A program made the position numbers and the translations under genes. From the IMG/VR virus record IMGVR_UViG_3300027804_000038, positions 192,001-256,000 of that record: 64,000 nt of DNA, one strand, 5' to 3'. The notes beneath the pieces were generated by a model, which was not told the DNA's origin, made no database searches, and worked only from the letters and a program-made list of their open reading frames with translations. Origin of the DNA: a virus. Lineage: Duplodnaviria; Caudoviricetes. The number at the start of each line of letters is the position of its first letter. Positions within the stretch are counted from its first letter, which is position 1. Below, in pieces: positions 40,969 through 49,386 of this stretch.

Positions 40969-41718
40969 ATGATTACACTCCAAGAACTCCAATCAGTAGT
41001 ACCTTCAGTATTCAACACTCAAAAAGCTCAGAAGCTTTCTGACAAGTACACAGTTGTTCCAACCATTGACGTAGTAAATCAATTTATGCAAGCAGGGTGG
41101 GAAGTGTCAAGTGCAAAACAAGTAGGGTCAGGTGTATACGGCAAACACTCAGTTCGTCTCCGTAACTCTGAACTCCCAAAGGTAGGTGATTCTCTACTTG
41201 AGGCTATCATCACTAACTCTCACGATGGTCGTACCAAACTCCAAGTAGGAGCAGGGTTGTACCGATTGGTGTGTTCTAATGGTCTTGTAGTACCAATGCA
41301 AGAAATGGTTAACATTAACCAGCGTCACATGAACATTCAGATGGATGAAGTGAATCAAATCACAGAGAAGTTCATTCAGATATCACCAATCATTGAACGT
41401 TCAGTTAATAAAATGATTGACGTTAAAATGGATACTGAAAAGAAAATTGATTTTGTAACCAAGGCGGTTGGAATTCGTTGGAAAAATACCGAAGACATCT
41501 CAAGTATGACTCTTGAGACGATTATCGAACCTCTTCGTGGTGATGATAACAACGATACACTTTGGCATACTTTCAATGTAGTACAGGAGAAGTTGATTAG
41601 AGGTGGATTTGTAAAATCACAAGGTAAAAATGTGAGAACAGTCAAAGGGATTACTTCCCTAAATATGGACACAATGATTAATACAAAATTGTGGGAATTG
41701 GCTGAAACATACATTTAA
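40969..41718 (+). CDS. DUF932/DUF945 family protein
   Basis: SDKYTVVPT, NSHDG...AGLYRLVCSNGL, TLWHTFNVVQE, LWELAE. Confidence 0.85.
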   Translation: MITLQELQSVVPSVFNTQKAQKLSDKYTVVPTIDVVNQFMQAGWEVSSAKQVGSGVYGKHSVRLRNSELPKVGDSLLEAIITNSHDGRTKLQVGAGLYRLVCSNGLVVPMQEMVNINQRHMNIQMDEVNQITEKFIQISPIIERSVNKMIDVKMDTEKKIDFVTKAVGIRWKNTEDISSMTLETIIEPLRGDDNNDTLWHTFNVVQEKLIRGGFVKSQGKNVRTVKGITSLNMDTMINTKLWELAETYI

Positions 41719-41738
41719 TCTTTATGATTGATGTTTAC

Positions 41739-41767
41739 AAATGGTACCTCAAAAAGGTACCATTTTT
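41739..41767 (+). terminator. terminator-like hairpin inside the tRNA array
   Basis: AAATGGTACC/GGTACCATTT plus T run. Confidence 0.6.
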
Positions 41768-41771
41768 ATTT

Positions 41772-41843
41772 GGTGATGTAGCTCAGAGGTGGAGCATCTG
41801 ACTGTTAATCAGAGGGTCGGGATTTCGAAATTCCCCATCACCG
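41772..41843 (+). tRNA. tRNA-Asn(GTT)
   Basis: cloverleaf. Confidence 0.9.
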
Positions 41844-41854
41844 CAAAATTTAAT

Positions 41855-41930
41855 GACTTCGTAGCTCAGCTGGTTTTAGAGCATCGCACTTTTAATGCGA
41901 GGGTCATGGGTTCGAGTCCCATCGGGGTCA
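41855..41930 (+). tRNA. tRNA-Lys(TTT)
   Basis: cloverleaf. Confidence 0.92.
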
Positions 41931-41940
41931 CTTTTTATAC

Positions 41941-42024
41941 ACGTCAGTGGCTGAACGGCTTAGGCAACGGTCTCCAAAACCGTGAACATTATGTTCTACG
42001 TAGGTTCGAATCCTACCTGGCGTG
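41941..42024 (+). tRNA. tRNA-Trp(CCA) with long variable arm
   Basis: loop CTCCAAA; GAACATTATGTTC extra arm. Confidence 0.8.
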
Positions 42025-42031
42025 CTAATAT

Positions 42032-42106
42032 TCTCAGATAGCTCAGTTGGTTTAGAGCACTTGTCTGATACACAAGAGGTCGTGGGTTCGAGTCCCACTC
42101 TGAGAA
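42032..42106 (+). tRNA. tRNA-Ile(GAT)
   Basis: cloverleaf. Confidence 0.9.
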
Positions 42107-42115
42107 CTTAAAAAT

Positions 42116-42190
42116 GGGGGCGCATGTACCAAGGCTTGGCGAGAAACACTTGCAATGTTTCTGTGGAGGTTTCGATTATCTCCGTCTCCA
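42116..42190 (+). tRNA. tRNA-Ala(TGC)
   Basis: loop CTTGCAA, G3:U70 pair; irregular D arm. Confidence 0.8.
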
Positions 42191-42198
42191 CTAAATTC

Positions 42199-42271
42199 GC
42201 TCCAGTAACTCAGTGGTGAGAGTGTCACTCTTATAAGGTGAAAGTCGTCAGTTCAATTCTGACCTGGAGTA
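42199..42271 (+). tRNA. tRNA-Ile(TAT)
   Basis: cloverleaf, loop CTTATAA. Confidence 0.88.
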
Positions 42272-42277
42272 CTATAT

Positions 42278-42351
42278 GGCCCCTTAGCTCAGTGGTAGAG
42301 AGCGATTGTATTACAAACAATAGGTCGTGTGTTCGATTCACACAGGGGCTA
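42278..42351 (+). tRNA. tRNA-Val(TAC)
   Basis: cloverleaf. Confidence 0.88.
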
Positions 42352-42357
42352 CTCTAA

Positions 42358-42429
42358 CCCGATGTAATTCAGTGGTAGAATACTTGATTCATATCCAAGC
42401 AGTCGGTGGTTCAATTCCACCCATCGGGA
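42358..42429 (+). tRNA. tRNA with CAT anticodon (elongator Met or Ile2)
   Basis: cloverleaf, loop TTCATAT. Confidence 0.85.
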
Positions 42430-42484
42430 CAAAAAATATTTGGTGATACAATAATCTAATTGTATATTTGTACTTAAATTATAT

Positions 42485-42560
42485 GGGGTGATAGCGCAGG
42501 TGGTCAGTTCGCGTCGGTCTGAAAAACCGAAGATGTGTGGTTCAACTCCCACTCACCCCA
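42485..42560 (+). tRNA. tRNA-Phe(GAA)
   Basis: cloverleaf; own TATATTTG promoter at 42463. Confidence 0.88.
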
Positions 42561-42717
42561 CGAGGTCCTGAATTAACAGGACAACCCCCACCTCCGATAT
42601 GGCAGTCGGTCCGTTAATCCGATGAAGATGGGGTTTTTGAAAAGTGTCTCGGTAAGCTCTGACGAAAGTCAACTACGAGGTCTCGGTGGACAGAAGGCCT
42701 CTGATTCCACCCAAAAT

Positions 42718-42789
42718 GCGGGTATAGTATAATGGTTATTATGATAGCCTTCCAAGCCTTAGATGTCAGTTCGATTCTGACTACCCGCT
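42718..42789 (+). tRNA. tRNA-Gly(TCC)
   Basis: cloverleaf with weak anticodon stem. Confidence 0.82.
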
Positions 42790-42796
42790 CTTTTTT

Positions 42797-42873
42797 GGGA
42801 CATTAGTAGAGTTGGTCACAATGCCACCCTGTCACGGTGGAGGTCACGGGTTCGAATCCCGTATGTCCCGCCA
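42797..42873 (+). tRNA. tRNA-Asp(GTC)
   Basis: cloverleaf with encoded CCA. Confidence 0.92.
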
Positions 42874-42932
42874 AAAGAGGAACGACTCAGTGTAGGAGCC
42901 TCAGGGGACTGCAGCCCCACTACACTCTATAT

Positions 42933-43003
42933 TGTCCTGTAGTGAAATGGCATCACTCGACTTTTTGGCAGTCGCATTTCTGGTTCGAGTCCAGACGGGA
43001 TAA
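42933..43003 (+). tRNA. tRNA-Gln(TTG)
   Basis: cloverleaf. Confidence 0.88.
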
Positions 43004-43019
43004 CTAAAAAATTAAAACT

Positions 43020-43415
43020 ATGTTAAAAGAAAGAATCAATGCCGACTTTATGTCCGCATTTAAAAACAAGGAAACTGAAAAGAAAAACTTTTTGGGTGTG
43101 GTTAAGGGTGAGATTCAGAATGAGGAAGGTCGCTCTGGTGTTGCTAACGATGATGTGGTTGTTGCGATTTTGAGAAAGATGGAAAAATCTTTAACTCAAA
43201 CTGGAACACCTGAAGCATTAAAGGAATTGGAATATATCAAACCATATCTTCCATCTCAAATGGGTTCAGATAAAATCCGTGAAATTATCTCAAACTATAA
43301 AACCAATGGTCTAACCAATGTCGGTCAGATTATGGGTGAGTTCAACAAGAACTTCAAAGGTCAAGCAGATAACAAAATCGTATCAGAAATCGCAAAAGAA
43401 GTTTTGGCAGGTTAA
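43020..43415 (+). CDS. GatB/YqeY domain protein
   Basis: LKERINADFMSAFKNKE...YLPSQM...GQIMG...KGQAD pattern. Confidence 0.85.
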   Translation: MLKERINADFMSAFKNKETEKKNFLGVVKGEIQNEEGRSGVANDDVVVAILRKMEKSLTQTGTPEALKELEYIKPYLPSQMGSDKIREIISNYKTNGLTNVGQIMGEFNKNFKGQADNKIVSEIAKEVLAG

Positions 43416-43438
43416 AAAATCTGCCATACTTTTGTATT

Positions 43439-43861
43439 ATGGAAAAAGAATTTGTCACATATGAGATTGGTTTAGAACTCAAGAATCTTGGGTTTAACGA
43501 ACGTTGTTATGGATGTTTCAGTCATTTGGACAACAAGGAGTTATGGACAAGTAGGGTATACACCAACGGAGTATCTGAAAATATTGCGGCACCAATCTTC
43601 TCACAGGTATTCGGATGGTTTGAAGATAATTATTCATATTTTGTGGATATTAGAACTGACACCACACCAAATGAGATTTTGGGATTTGACTATACGATTA
43701 AGAGTTGGAAGTTTCCACCAATGTATTTTGATTTCTTCAATGATAAGAGAGAAGGAAACATTGAGGTCATCAAGAAGATGATTAAAATGGCGAATAAAGA
43801 AAAACAAAAGGAGGCTCTTATTGATTTAATTAATTTGGATAATGACGATAAAGATAAATAA
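43439..43861 (+). CDS. hypothetical protein
   Basis: ORF track; TACTTTTG-N4-ATG. Confidence 0.7.
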   Translation: MEKEFVTYEIGLELKNLGFNERCYGCFSHLDNKELWTSRVYTNGVSENIAAPIFSQVFGWFEDNYSYFVDIRTDTTPNEILGFDYTIKSWKFPPMYFDFFNDKREGNIEVIKKMIKMANKEKQKEALIDLINLDNDDKDK

Positions 43862-43862
43862 T

Positions 43863-44165
43863 ATGACACAGAAACAACAAGACGCAATTGATAATATAAT
43901 GGACAACTTCAAGTTTGAACAAGTCCGAAAAGTAATGGAACTATTGGATTGGGAATGGGCGGGAACTGAAGAAGGTGTTCCAACCATTCCTGAATTGAGA
44001 CGAGAAGCAAGACGACTATTAAAAATGTCGTTTGAAGAAAAAACAAACGTATCAACAGGTGGATTCCACGTAATGTACGAATCAAATGATGACGGAGAGT
44101 TTATTCAATTGATGTTTGCGGTTGAAGAATGGTATGAAGAAATAGAAGAATATTTGGAAGAATAA
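43863..44165 (+). CDS. hypothetical protein
   Basis: ORF track, internal ATG preferred. Confidence 0.65.
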   Translation: MTQKQQDAIDNIMDNFKFEQVRKVMELLDWEWAGTEEGVPTIPELRREARRLLKMSFEEKTNVSTGGFHVMYESNDDGEFIQLMFAVEEWYEEIEEYLEE

Positions 44166-44580
44166 GAAAGTTGTTATATCTTTGTTGAAGTTCTTTGAAA
44201 TTAGGAAATTAAAGTGTTTAACGGCAGATTTTGATATAAGTGTTAGAGAGGATAAAAATCTATGAAACTTATAAGACAATTAGGAAGAGTTATCTTTACG
44301 TTGGGAGCTAAAAGTGGAGATAATAAAGTATCTATAACCGTTAAACCTTTTAAAATATTGATAGTGGTTTTCCCCACTCAACGGATGTCGACAATCTAGA
44401 TTGGAATCGGAATTCATCACCATCAGCCGAGGCCTCGTAAAACTACGATTAAGCTGTTAAGATTGGGACGAGACGGGTATCCCAACACTGTCAACAATAT
44501 TGTGTTGTTCCCTTGAGAAAGGAAGATTGCGGAGATGAACAGTAAGCTCACAACACAGAGGACTTCTCATCCTCAAACAT

Positions 44581-44678
44581 AGTCAGGTGGCGGAATTGGC
44601 GCCAAAGTTAAGGTGTGTTAAGGCGTGACCCGTTGAGGACCATCCAATGACTTACAGGTTCGAATCCTGTCCTGACTT
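44581..44678 (+). ncRNA. tRNA-shell element (acceptor stem + T arm, no recognisable anticodon arm)
   Basis: AGTCAGG/CCTGACT, TGGCGGAA, ACAGG-TTCGAAT-CCTGT. Confidence 0.65.
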
Positions 44679-44693
44679 CTAAATTTAAAAGAT

Positions 44694-44918
44694 ATGAATA
44701 GAACACTTGAAGAAATTGTGAAAACACCAGAATTAACTGACGGTACTGAAGTCACATTCAGAGTTGTAAATGAAACTTTCAATGGTAAAATTGTAGGTAA
44801 ATCATCCGATGGATTGATGCCGTATTACATCGTTGAATGTACTGATGGGTCATTTCCAAATGAAATGTATAAGTATAAATTCTTATCTTTACCACTTAGT
44901 GAAATATTTGTTAAGTGA
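44694..44918 (+). CDS. hypothetical protein
   Basis: ORF track. Confidence 0.6.
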   Translation: MNRTLEEIVKTPELTDGTEVTFRVVNETFNGKIVGKSSDGLMPYYIVECTDGSFPNEMYKYKFLSLPLSEIFVK

Positions 44919-44925
44919 TAAAAAA

Positions 44926-45007
44926 TAGTCAGGTGGCGGAAATAGTATCTCTATAATATACTTGATGAGGTATGAGGTTGACTCAGTATTAGTTCCTATC
45001 CTGACTA
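44926..45007 (+). repeat. degenerate tRNA-shell element
   Basis: TAGTCAGGTGGCGGAA...CCTGACTA; no canonical T loop. Confidence 0.55.
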
Positions 45008-45009
45008 CA

Positions 45010-45208
45010 ATGAGTAAGAGGTACTCAGAGTCTTCGAATCAAGACTTAAAGAATGATTCCGCAGAATGTCTACGGCGTGAGTGGGACATCGTGGGATAAA
45101 GGGATAGACACATTCCCTCCCAGTAGTGTTGGATGTTTTTAACGGGGATGCCCAGCAGGTTTTTAAGAAATAGAAAACCGATATGACTACTCATTTGTAA
45201 TCTCAGGA
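45010..45208 (+). ncRNA. candidate ~200-nt structured RNA
   Basis: multiple helices; ends TGTAATCTCAGG like the GOLLD-like RNA. Confidence 0.5.
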
Positions 45209-45214
45209 TGGGGA

Positions 45215-45290
45215 AAGCAAGGGCTCCCTTAATAGCTGTGGCTGACCACGGGCGTTGCTTGTTCCGTTATATAGGGGGCGAAGACGGAAC
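45215..45290 (+). ncRNA. pseudoknotted RNA motif, copy 2
   Basis: covarying homolog of 31694-31763. Confidence 0.55.
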
Positions 45291-45332
45291 TTTTTAGTAA
45301 TTATTTATAGGTATTTATAAATAAAATAGAAT

Positions 45333-45791
45333 ATGAAAATTACTAAAATTGGAAAAAAAGGTTTGGAATTAATTAAATCTTTTGAAGGTTTAAAATTAAA
45401 ACCTTATTTGTGTGATGCGGGAGTGCCAACAATTGGTTTTGGAAATACTTTTTATGAAAATGGTAAAAAGGTCACATTAAATGACCAAGTGATTACTGAA
45501 CAAAGAGCAGTTGAATTACTTGAATATTCATTATTAAAGTTTGAACAATATGTTGATTCATATTGTCGTGATGATATAAACCAAAATCAATTCGATGCAT
45601 TAGTTAGTTTTTGTTATAATTTAGGACCTGTTAATTTAAAAAATAGTACTTTATTGAAAAAAGTTAATAAAAACCCTAATGATATAACAATTAGAAATGA
45701 GTTTATGAAGTGGAATAAAGCAGGCGGAAGAGCTTTGAAAGGATTAACTAAAAGAAGAACCGCTGAAGCTGATTTATACTTCAGTAAATAG
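45333..45791 (+). CDS. lysozyme (GH24) endolysin
   Basis: FEGLKLKPYLCDAGVPTIGFG, QFDALVSF.YNLG, GLTKRRTAEA. Confidence 0.95.
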   Translation: MKITKIGKKGLELIKSFEGLKLKPYLCDAGVPTIGFGNTFYENGKKVTLNDQVITEQRAVELLEYSLLKFEQYVDSYCRDDINQNQFDALVSFCYNLGPVNLKNSTLLKKVNKNPNDITIRNEFMKWNKAGGRALKGLTKRRTAEADLYFSK

Positions 45792-45875
45792 AGGTGGTCC
45801 GAATGGACGAGGAGCTTGTCTTGAAAACAAGTAGGTCGGTAACACGATTTGGGGGTTCGATTCCCTTCGCCTCTG
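45790..45875 (+). tRNA. tRNA-Ser(TGA)
   Basis: cloverleaf with long variable arm. Confidence 0.88.
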
Positions 45876-45887
45876 CTAAAATTAAAT

Positions 45888-45964
45888 ACCCCTTTGGCGG
45901 AACGGTAGACGCGCATCACTTAGGATGATGTCTTAGGGTGAGAGTTCGAGTCTCTCAGGGGGTA
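45888..45964 (+). tRNA. tRNA-Leu(TAG)
   Basis: cloverleaf. Confidence 0.88.
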
Positions 45965-46021
45965 CAAACTTCAATAGGAGTACCTGTTCTAGGGATGTCG
46001 CAATCCCCCTATTGATTAAAA

Positions 46022-46107
46022 ACCACTGTTGTAAGTTACGTTGGAACGGACGAACAGGAGGGTGACCGATACGTAAGGTCTTTGGGGTTCAAATCCCACC
46101 AGTGGTC
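46022..46107 (+). ncRNA. tRNA-shell element
   Basis: ACCACTG/CAGTGGT acceptor and TTCAAAT T loop; no clear anticodon arm. Confidence 0.55.
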
Positions 46108-46110
46108 AAA

Positions 46111-46199
46111 ACACATAAACTCAAGTACCCATACCGATGACTGTGGGATAAGTAAGATACAATTTCGTACTGCGGGAAGTAGAATGCTTGAGAGTGTGT
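46111..46199 (+). ncRNA. candidate small structured RNA
   Basis: ACACAT..CTCAAGTA / TGCTTGAG.GTGTGT closing helix with two internal hairpins. Confidence 0.4.
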
Positions 46200-46208
46200 T
46201 TATTATAT

Positions 46209-46286
46209 GGTGTCTATAGTGTTAGCGGTCTAGCACGAAGGGTTGTGGTTCCTTTAGCACCAGTTCGAATCTGGTTAGACACACCA
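46209..46286 (+). tRNA. tRNA-His(GTG)
   Basis: cloverleaf, G-1, encoded CCA. Confidence 0.88.
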
Positions 46287-46290
46287 TTAT

Positions 46291-46378
46291 GGAGAGTGAG
46301 AGAGGGAAATGGTTTCCCCGACTGTCTGCTAAACAGTAACCCATTAAGTTGGGTGTGGTTCGATTCCACCATTCTCCG
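46291..46378 (+). tRNA. tRNA-Ser(GCT)
   Basis: loop CTGCTAA, long variable arm. Confidence 0.85.
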
Positions 46379-46383
46379 CTTTT

Positions 46384-46456
46384 ACCCTTATAGTTTAATG
46401 GATTAGAATATATCACTACGGATGATATGGTGGGAGTTCGAATCTCTCTGAGGGTA
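46384..46456 (+). tRNA. tRNA-Arg(ACG)
   Basis: cloverleaf. Confidence 0.88.
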
Positions 46457-46521
46457 CTTAATTTAACATTTGTTTAACTTTTAAACTGTTTACATTAATC
46501 TATTTATATGTAAACAAACTC

Positions 46522-47076
46522 ATGAAAAAGTTAATATTTTTATTTCTAACATTAATTCCGTTTTTATCTTTCTCACAATTGACAACATCAAATCCTGATA
46601 CGGTATGTATAGGAGATAATTCATCAATATATCAAGTTACAGATATACCAGGATATACTTATACATGGAATGTATCGTCTCCTGGAGTTCTAACTTCAGG
46701 ACAAGGTAGTAATCAAATAACTGTTGATTGGTCATCAGCACCTGGAGGTATTATATCGAACGGAGTTAGTGTGTACGCAACAACTCCTGAAGGATGTGAA
46801 GGTCCCCCAATCCTAATCGATGTTTTTATTCTTGAAATAATTCCAGTAATTACACCATTAATTTTTTGTGAAGGTGACCCATGTGAAGATTTAGTTGCAA
46901 CACCAGTTGGAGGTATTTTTACAGGACCAAATATTGTAAACGGACAGTATTGTCCAATAACTGATGGAGTAGAAACGGTAACATATACCATAACAGAAGC
47001 GGGATGTATATTTACAGCAACTGCTGATATGACGGTATACCCTATTCCTGTTTTAGATAATATTTCACATGATTAA
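46522..47076 (+). CDS. secreted PKD/Ig-like protein
   Basis: signal peptide; YTWNV..G..TSGQGSNQITVDW motif. Confidence 0.75.
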   Translation: MKKLIFLFLTLIPFLSFSQLTTSNPDTVCIGDNSSIYQVTDIPGYTYTWNVSSPGVLTSGQGSNQITVDWSSAPGGIISNGVSVYATTPEGCEGPPILIDVFILEIIPVITPLIFCEGDPCEDLVATPVGGIFTGPNIVNGQYCPITDGVETVTYTITEAGCIFTATADMTVYPIPVLDNISHD

Positions 47077-47651
47077 TGAAATTTGTAAAAACAATATTTT
47101 TATTTTTATTAATCATGACTGTATTTTCACAGTCTAATCAAAAATTAGATATTTGTGTTGAAGACTCAAGACATGAATATACGTATAGTGTTAATTCTGA
47201 TACTCCGAATACTATATTTTATTGGTATGTTGATGGGGTATATCATTTCGGTCAAACACTAACAATAGATTGGTCAACGTACCAACCTGGAGAACACACT
47301 ATAACCGTTTACGGAATCTCAAATGATTGTTCTTCACTACCTGTTACATATAAAGTTTTTATAGACGAATGTTCAAGTATATACATACCTAATGCTTTTA
47401 CACCTAATGATGATGGTATTAACGATGGTTGGTATCCTATTGGTGTTGGTTGGGAATGGATTGAAGTTCTAATTTTTGATAGATGGGGTATTTTAGTTTT
47501 TTCATCCACAAAAATAAAAGATTCTTGGATTGGTAATTTTAGAAATGGAGGGTATTATGTTCAAAATGACGTTTATGAGTATAAAGTTACTTGGAAAGGT
47601 GTTAACAAAGAACCTGAAATAATATTTGGCCATGTTACATTAATACGATAA
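47076..47651 (+). CDS. secreted protein with gliding-motility-associated (T9SS type B, CHU_C) C-terminal domain
   Basis: signal peptide; YIPNAFTPNDDGIND, IFDRWG, W.G...NDVY.Y...GHVTLIR. Confidence 0.88.
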   Translation: MKFVKTIFLFLLIMTVFSQSNQKLDICVEDSRHEYTYSVNSDTPNTIFYWYVDGVYHFGQTLTIDWSTYQPGEHTITVYGISNDCSSLPVTYKVFIDECSSIYIPNAFTPNDDGINDGWYPIGVGWEWIEVLIFDRWGILVFSSTKIKDSWIGNFRNGGYYVQNDVYEYKVTWKGVNKEPEIIFGHVTLIR

Positions 47652-47718
47652 AGAATGTTATTATTAGTTATTTGGTAATTATATAAATTTTACATATCTT
47701 TGTTAAAATTTATTTATT

Positions 47719-47928
47719 ATGTCTGCAAACGGAAATAATTGGTATGATGTTATGTTGTGGGTTGAAAATGTCATTAAATCTTGCGAAACTCCACTACAAG
47801 AAATTAGTGCCAAAAAACTAGTTAAACTATACCTTAAAAAATATAAATACGAATTCAAAGAGTTGGATTTAAGCATTTATTATCGGCTTATGTCAAGATT
47901 GGACCAAATTCATTATTCAAAAAAATAA
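47719..47928 (+). CDS. hypothetical protein
   Basis: ORF track; promoter at 47695. Confidence 0.6.
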   Translation: MSANGNNWYDVMLWVENVIKSCETPLQEISAKKLVKLYLKKYKYEFKELDLSIYYRLMSRLDQIHYSKK

Positions 47929-47929
47929 T

Positions 47930-48100
47930 ATGTCCTGTTGTAAAGAATGTCCTTGGAAGGTGGAGAATAACCACAACCAAAAATTAAGAGAGTTCGTTAA
48001 TAGAACTGGTAGGAAACATACCTGTCATATGGTTAATCCAAAACTTTGGGACACTTCCAATGATAAACAAATCTGCAAAGGAATTTATGAAGAAAATTAA
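47930..48100 (+). CDS. small Cys-rich protein, 56 aa
   Basis: manual translation MSCCKECPW...HTCHM...QICKG. Confidence 0.6.
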   Translation: MSCCKECPWKVENNHNQKLREFVNRTGRKHTCHMVNPKLWDTSNDKQICKGIYEEN

Positions 48101-48251
48101 TATTTACCCCGACAAAGTTATTAAGGTTAAACCCAAAATGATTAAAGAAGGAATTAACTTAAATCCTTTTACAAAAATTTATTGGTTCTTTTGGTGGGTG
48201 CGGAATTACCCTGAAATAGTTTGGTTGAAATTCAAATCATACTTTAAATGA
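48087..48251 (+). CDS. hypothetical protein
   Basis: ORF track, internal start. Confidence 0.5.
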   Translation: MKKINIYPDKVIKVKPKMIKEGINLNPFTKIYWFFWWVRNYPEIVWLKFKSYFK

Positions 48252-48634
48252 AGAAAGAATTAAGGGAGAGGGTATTCCACAAATGTAATGGACATTGTGC
48301 TTATTGTGGAAAGGAGATAACCTACAAGGAAACGCAGGTTGACCACATTGAACCCAAATGGCATACCTTCACCGAACAGGAAGCGGATAAACATAAGATT
48401 ATTAAAGGTTCAGATGACTTTAAAAATCTAAATCCATCTTGCCCAAGGTGTAATAAATGGAAATCAACTTATTCACTGGAACATTTCCGTAAGGTGGTTC
48501 GAACATCACTTGTCAGATTGGAAAGGGATACTCCAAATTATAGGTTGGCAAAAGATTATGGATTGATTGTTGAAAATGATTCACCGATTGTTTTTTACTT
48601 TGAGAAAAATAATATATCTTTGTCTTATGAATGA
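48248..48634 (+). CDS. HNH endonuclease
   Basis: CAYCG...VDHIEP...NLNPSCPRCN. Confidence 0.9.
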   Translation: MKKELRERVFHKCNGHCAYCGKEITYKETQVDHIEPKWHTFTEQEADKHKIIKGSDDFKNLNPSCPRCNKWKSTYSLEHFRKVVRTSLVRLERDTPNYRLAKDYGLIVENDSPIVFYFEKNNISLSYE

Positions 48635-49172
48635 TAATGATAAAATTAACTGGGTATTAGACCAACACAAAAATACAAACCATTTTTACGACACATACTT
48701 ACCGTATGAGTTCCATTTGAGAATGGTTGTTAATGTTGCTGACAAATTTATGAATCTGTTGGTACCTAAGAACAAATTACATCCTGGTTATCCTGATGTA
48801 ATTAATATTAGACGAGCGGCTTGGGGACACGACTTGATTGAGGACACTCGTGTATCTTACAACGATGTTAAAGAACGATTAGGTATAACCGCAGCTGACA
48901 TCATCTATGCTCTTACCAATGAGAAAGGTAAGAACCGTAAGGAAAGAGCTAATGCTAATTACTATATGGGTATCAGAAATACTCACGGAGCAGTGTTTGT
49001 TAAGTTGTGTGACCGTATTGCTAATGTTCAATACTCAAAAATGACAGGTAGTCGTATGTTTGAGATGTATAAAAAAGAAAACGAAAATTTTGAACAAATG
49101 CTTGGCCGTCACACTGATTACAAACATTTAGAAGAAATGTTTAGTTATTTAGAAAACCTTTTTAATGATTAA
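48627..49172 (+). CDS. RelA/SpoT-type HD domain protein (small alarmone hydrolase-like)
   Basis: LPYEFHL, AAWGHDLIEDT, LTNEKG, VKLCDRIAN. Confidence 0.8.
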   Translation: MNDNDKINWVLDQHKNTNHFYDTYLPYEFHLRMVVNVADKFMNLLVPKNKLHPGYPDVINIRRAAWGHDLIEDTRVSYNDVKERLGITAADIIYALTNEKGKNRKERANANYYMGIRNTHGAVFVKLCDRIANVQYSKMTGSRMFEMYKKENENFEQMLGRHTDYKHLEEMFSYLENLFND

Positions 49173-49386
49173 TAATATGATGAATAGTTTATTTGGCGGG
49201 GAAGCATTTTACCTTATGGGTATGAGTGAACTTTACAATTTTGAAAAACAACAAGAGGATTGGAAAGAACGAATTAAAAAAGAATTCCGAGAGTCTTGTA
49301 ATCTACCAAGAAAAAAGAAAAAACGAGTTAGAAAAAATCTACAACTTGAGTGGAGTATTGCTAACTGGAATCCGTTTAAATTTTAA
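49165..49386 (+). CDS. hypothetical protein
   Basis: ORF track. Confidence 0.55.
   Translation: MINNMMNSLFGGEAFYLMGMSELYNFEKQQEDWKERIKKEFRESCNLPRKKKKRVRKNLQLEWSIANWNPFKF

Noticed and set aside
42655-42675. Hammerhead ribozyme (CTGACGA)
   Set aside because: The bases form a GAC-GAAA-GTC hairpin; no stem II, GAAA and UH arrangement.
44221-44578. tmRNA or a 45-aa ORF at 44262
   Set aside because: No tmRNA termini or tag; the region follows a promoter and boxA and has helices (e.g. TGTGTTGT/ACAACACA), but I could not decide between coding and ncRNA.
41789-46416. ORF-track calls over RNA genes (41789, 42349, 45614, 46188, 46222; likewise 54755, 61275, 61453, 31964)
   Set aside because: They overlap tRNAs or structured RNAs and have atypical composition; treated as shadows.
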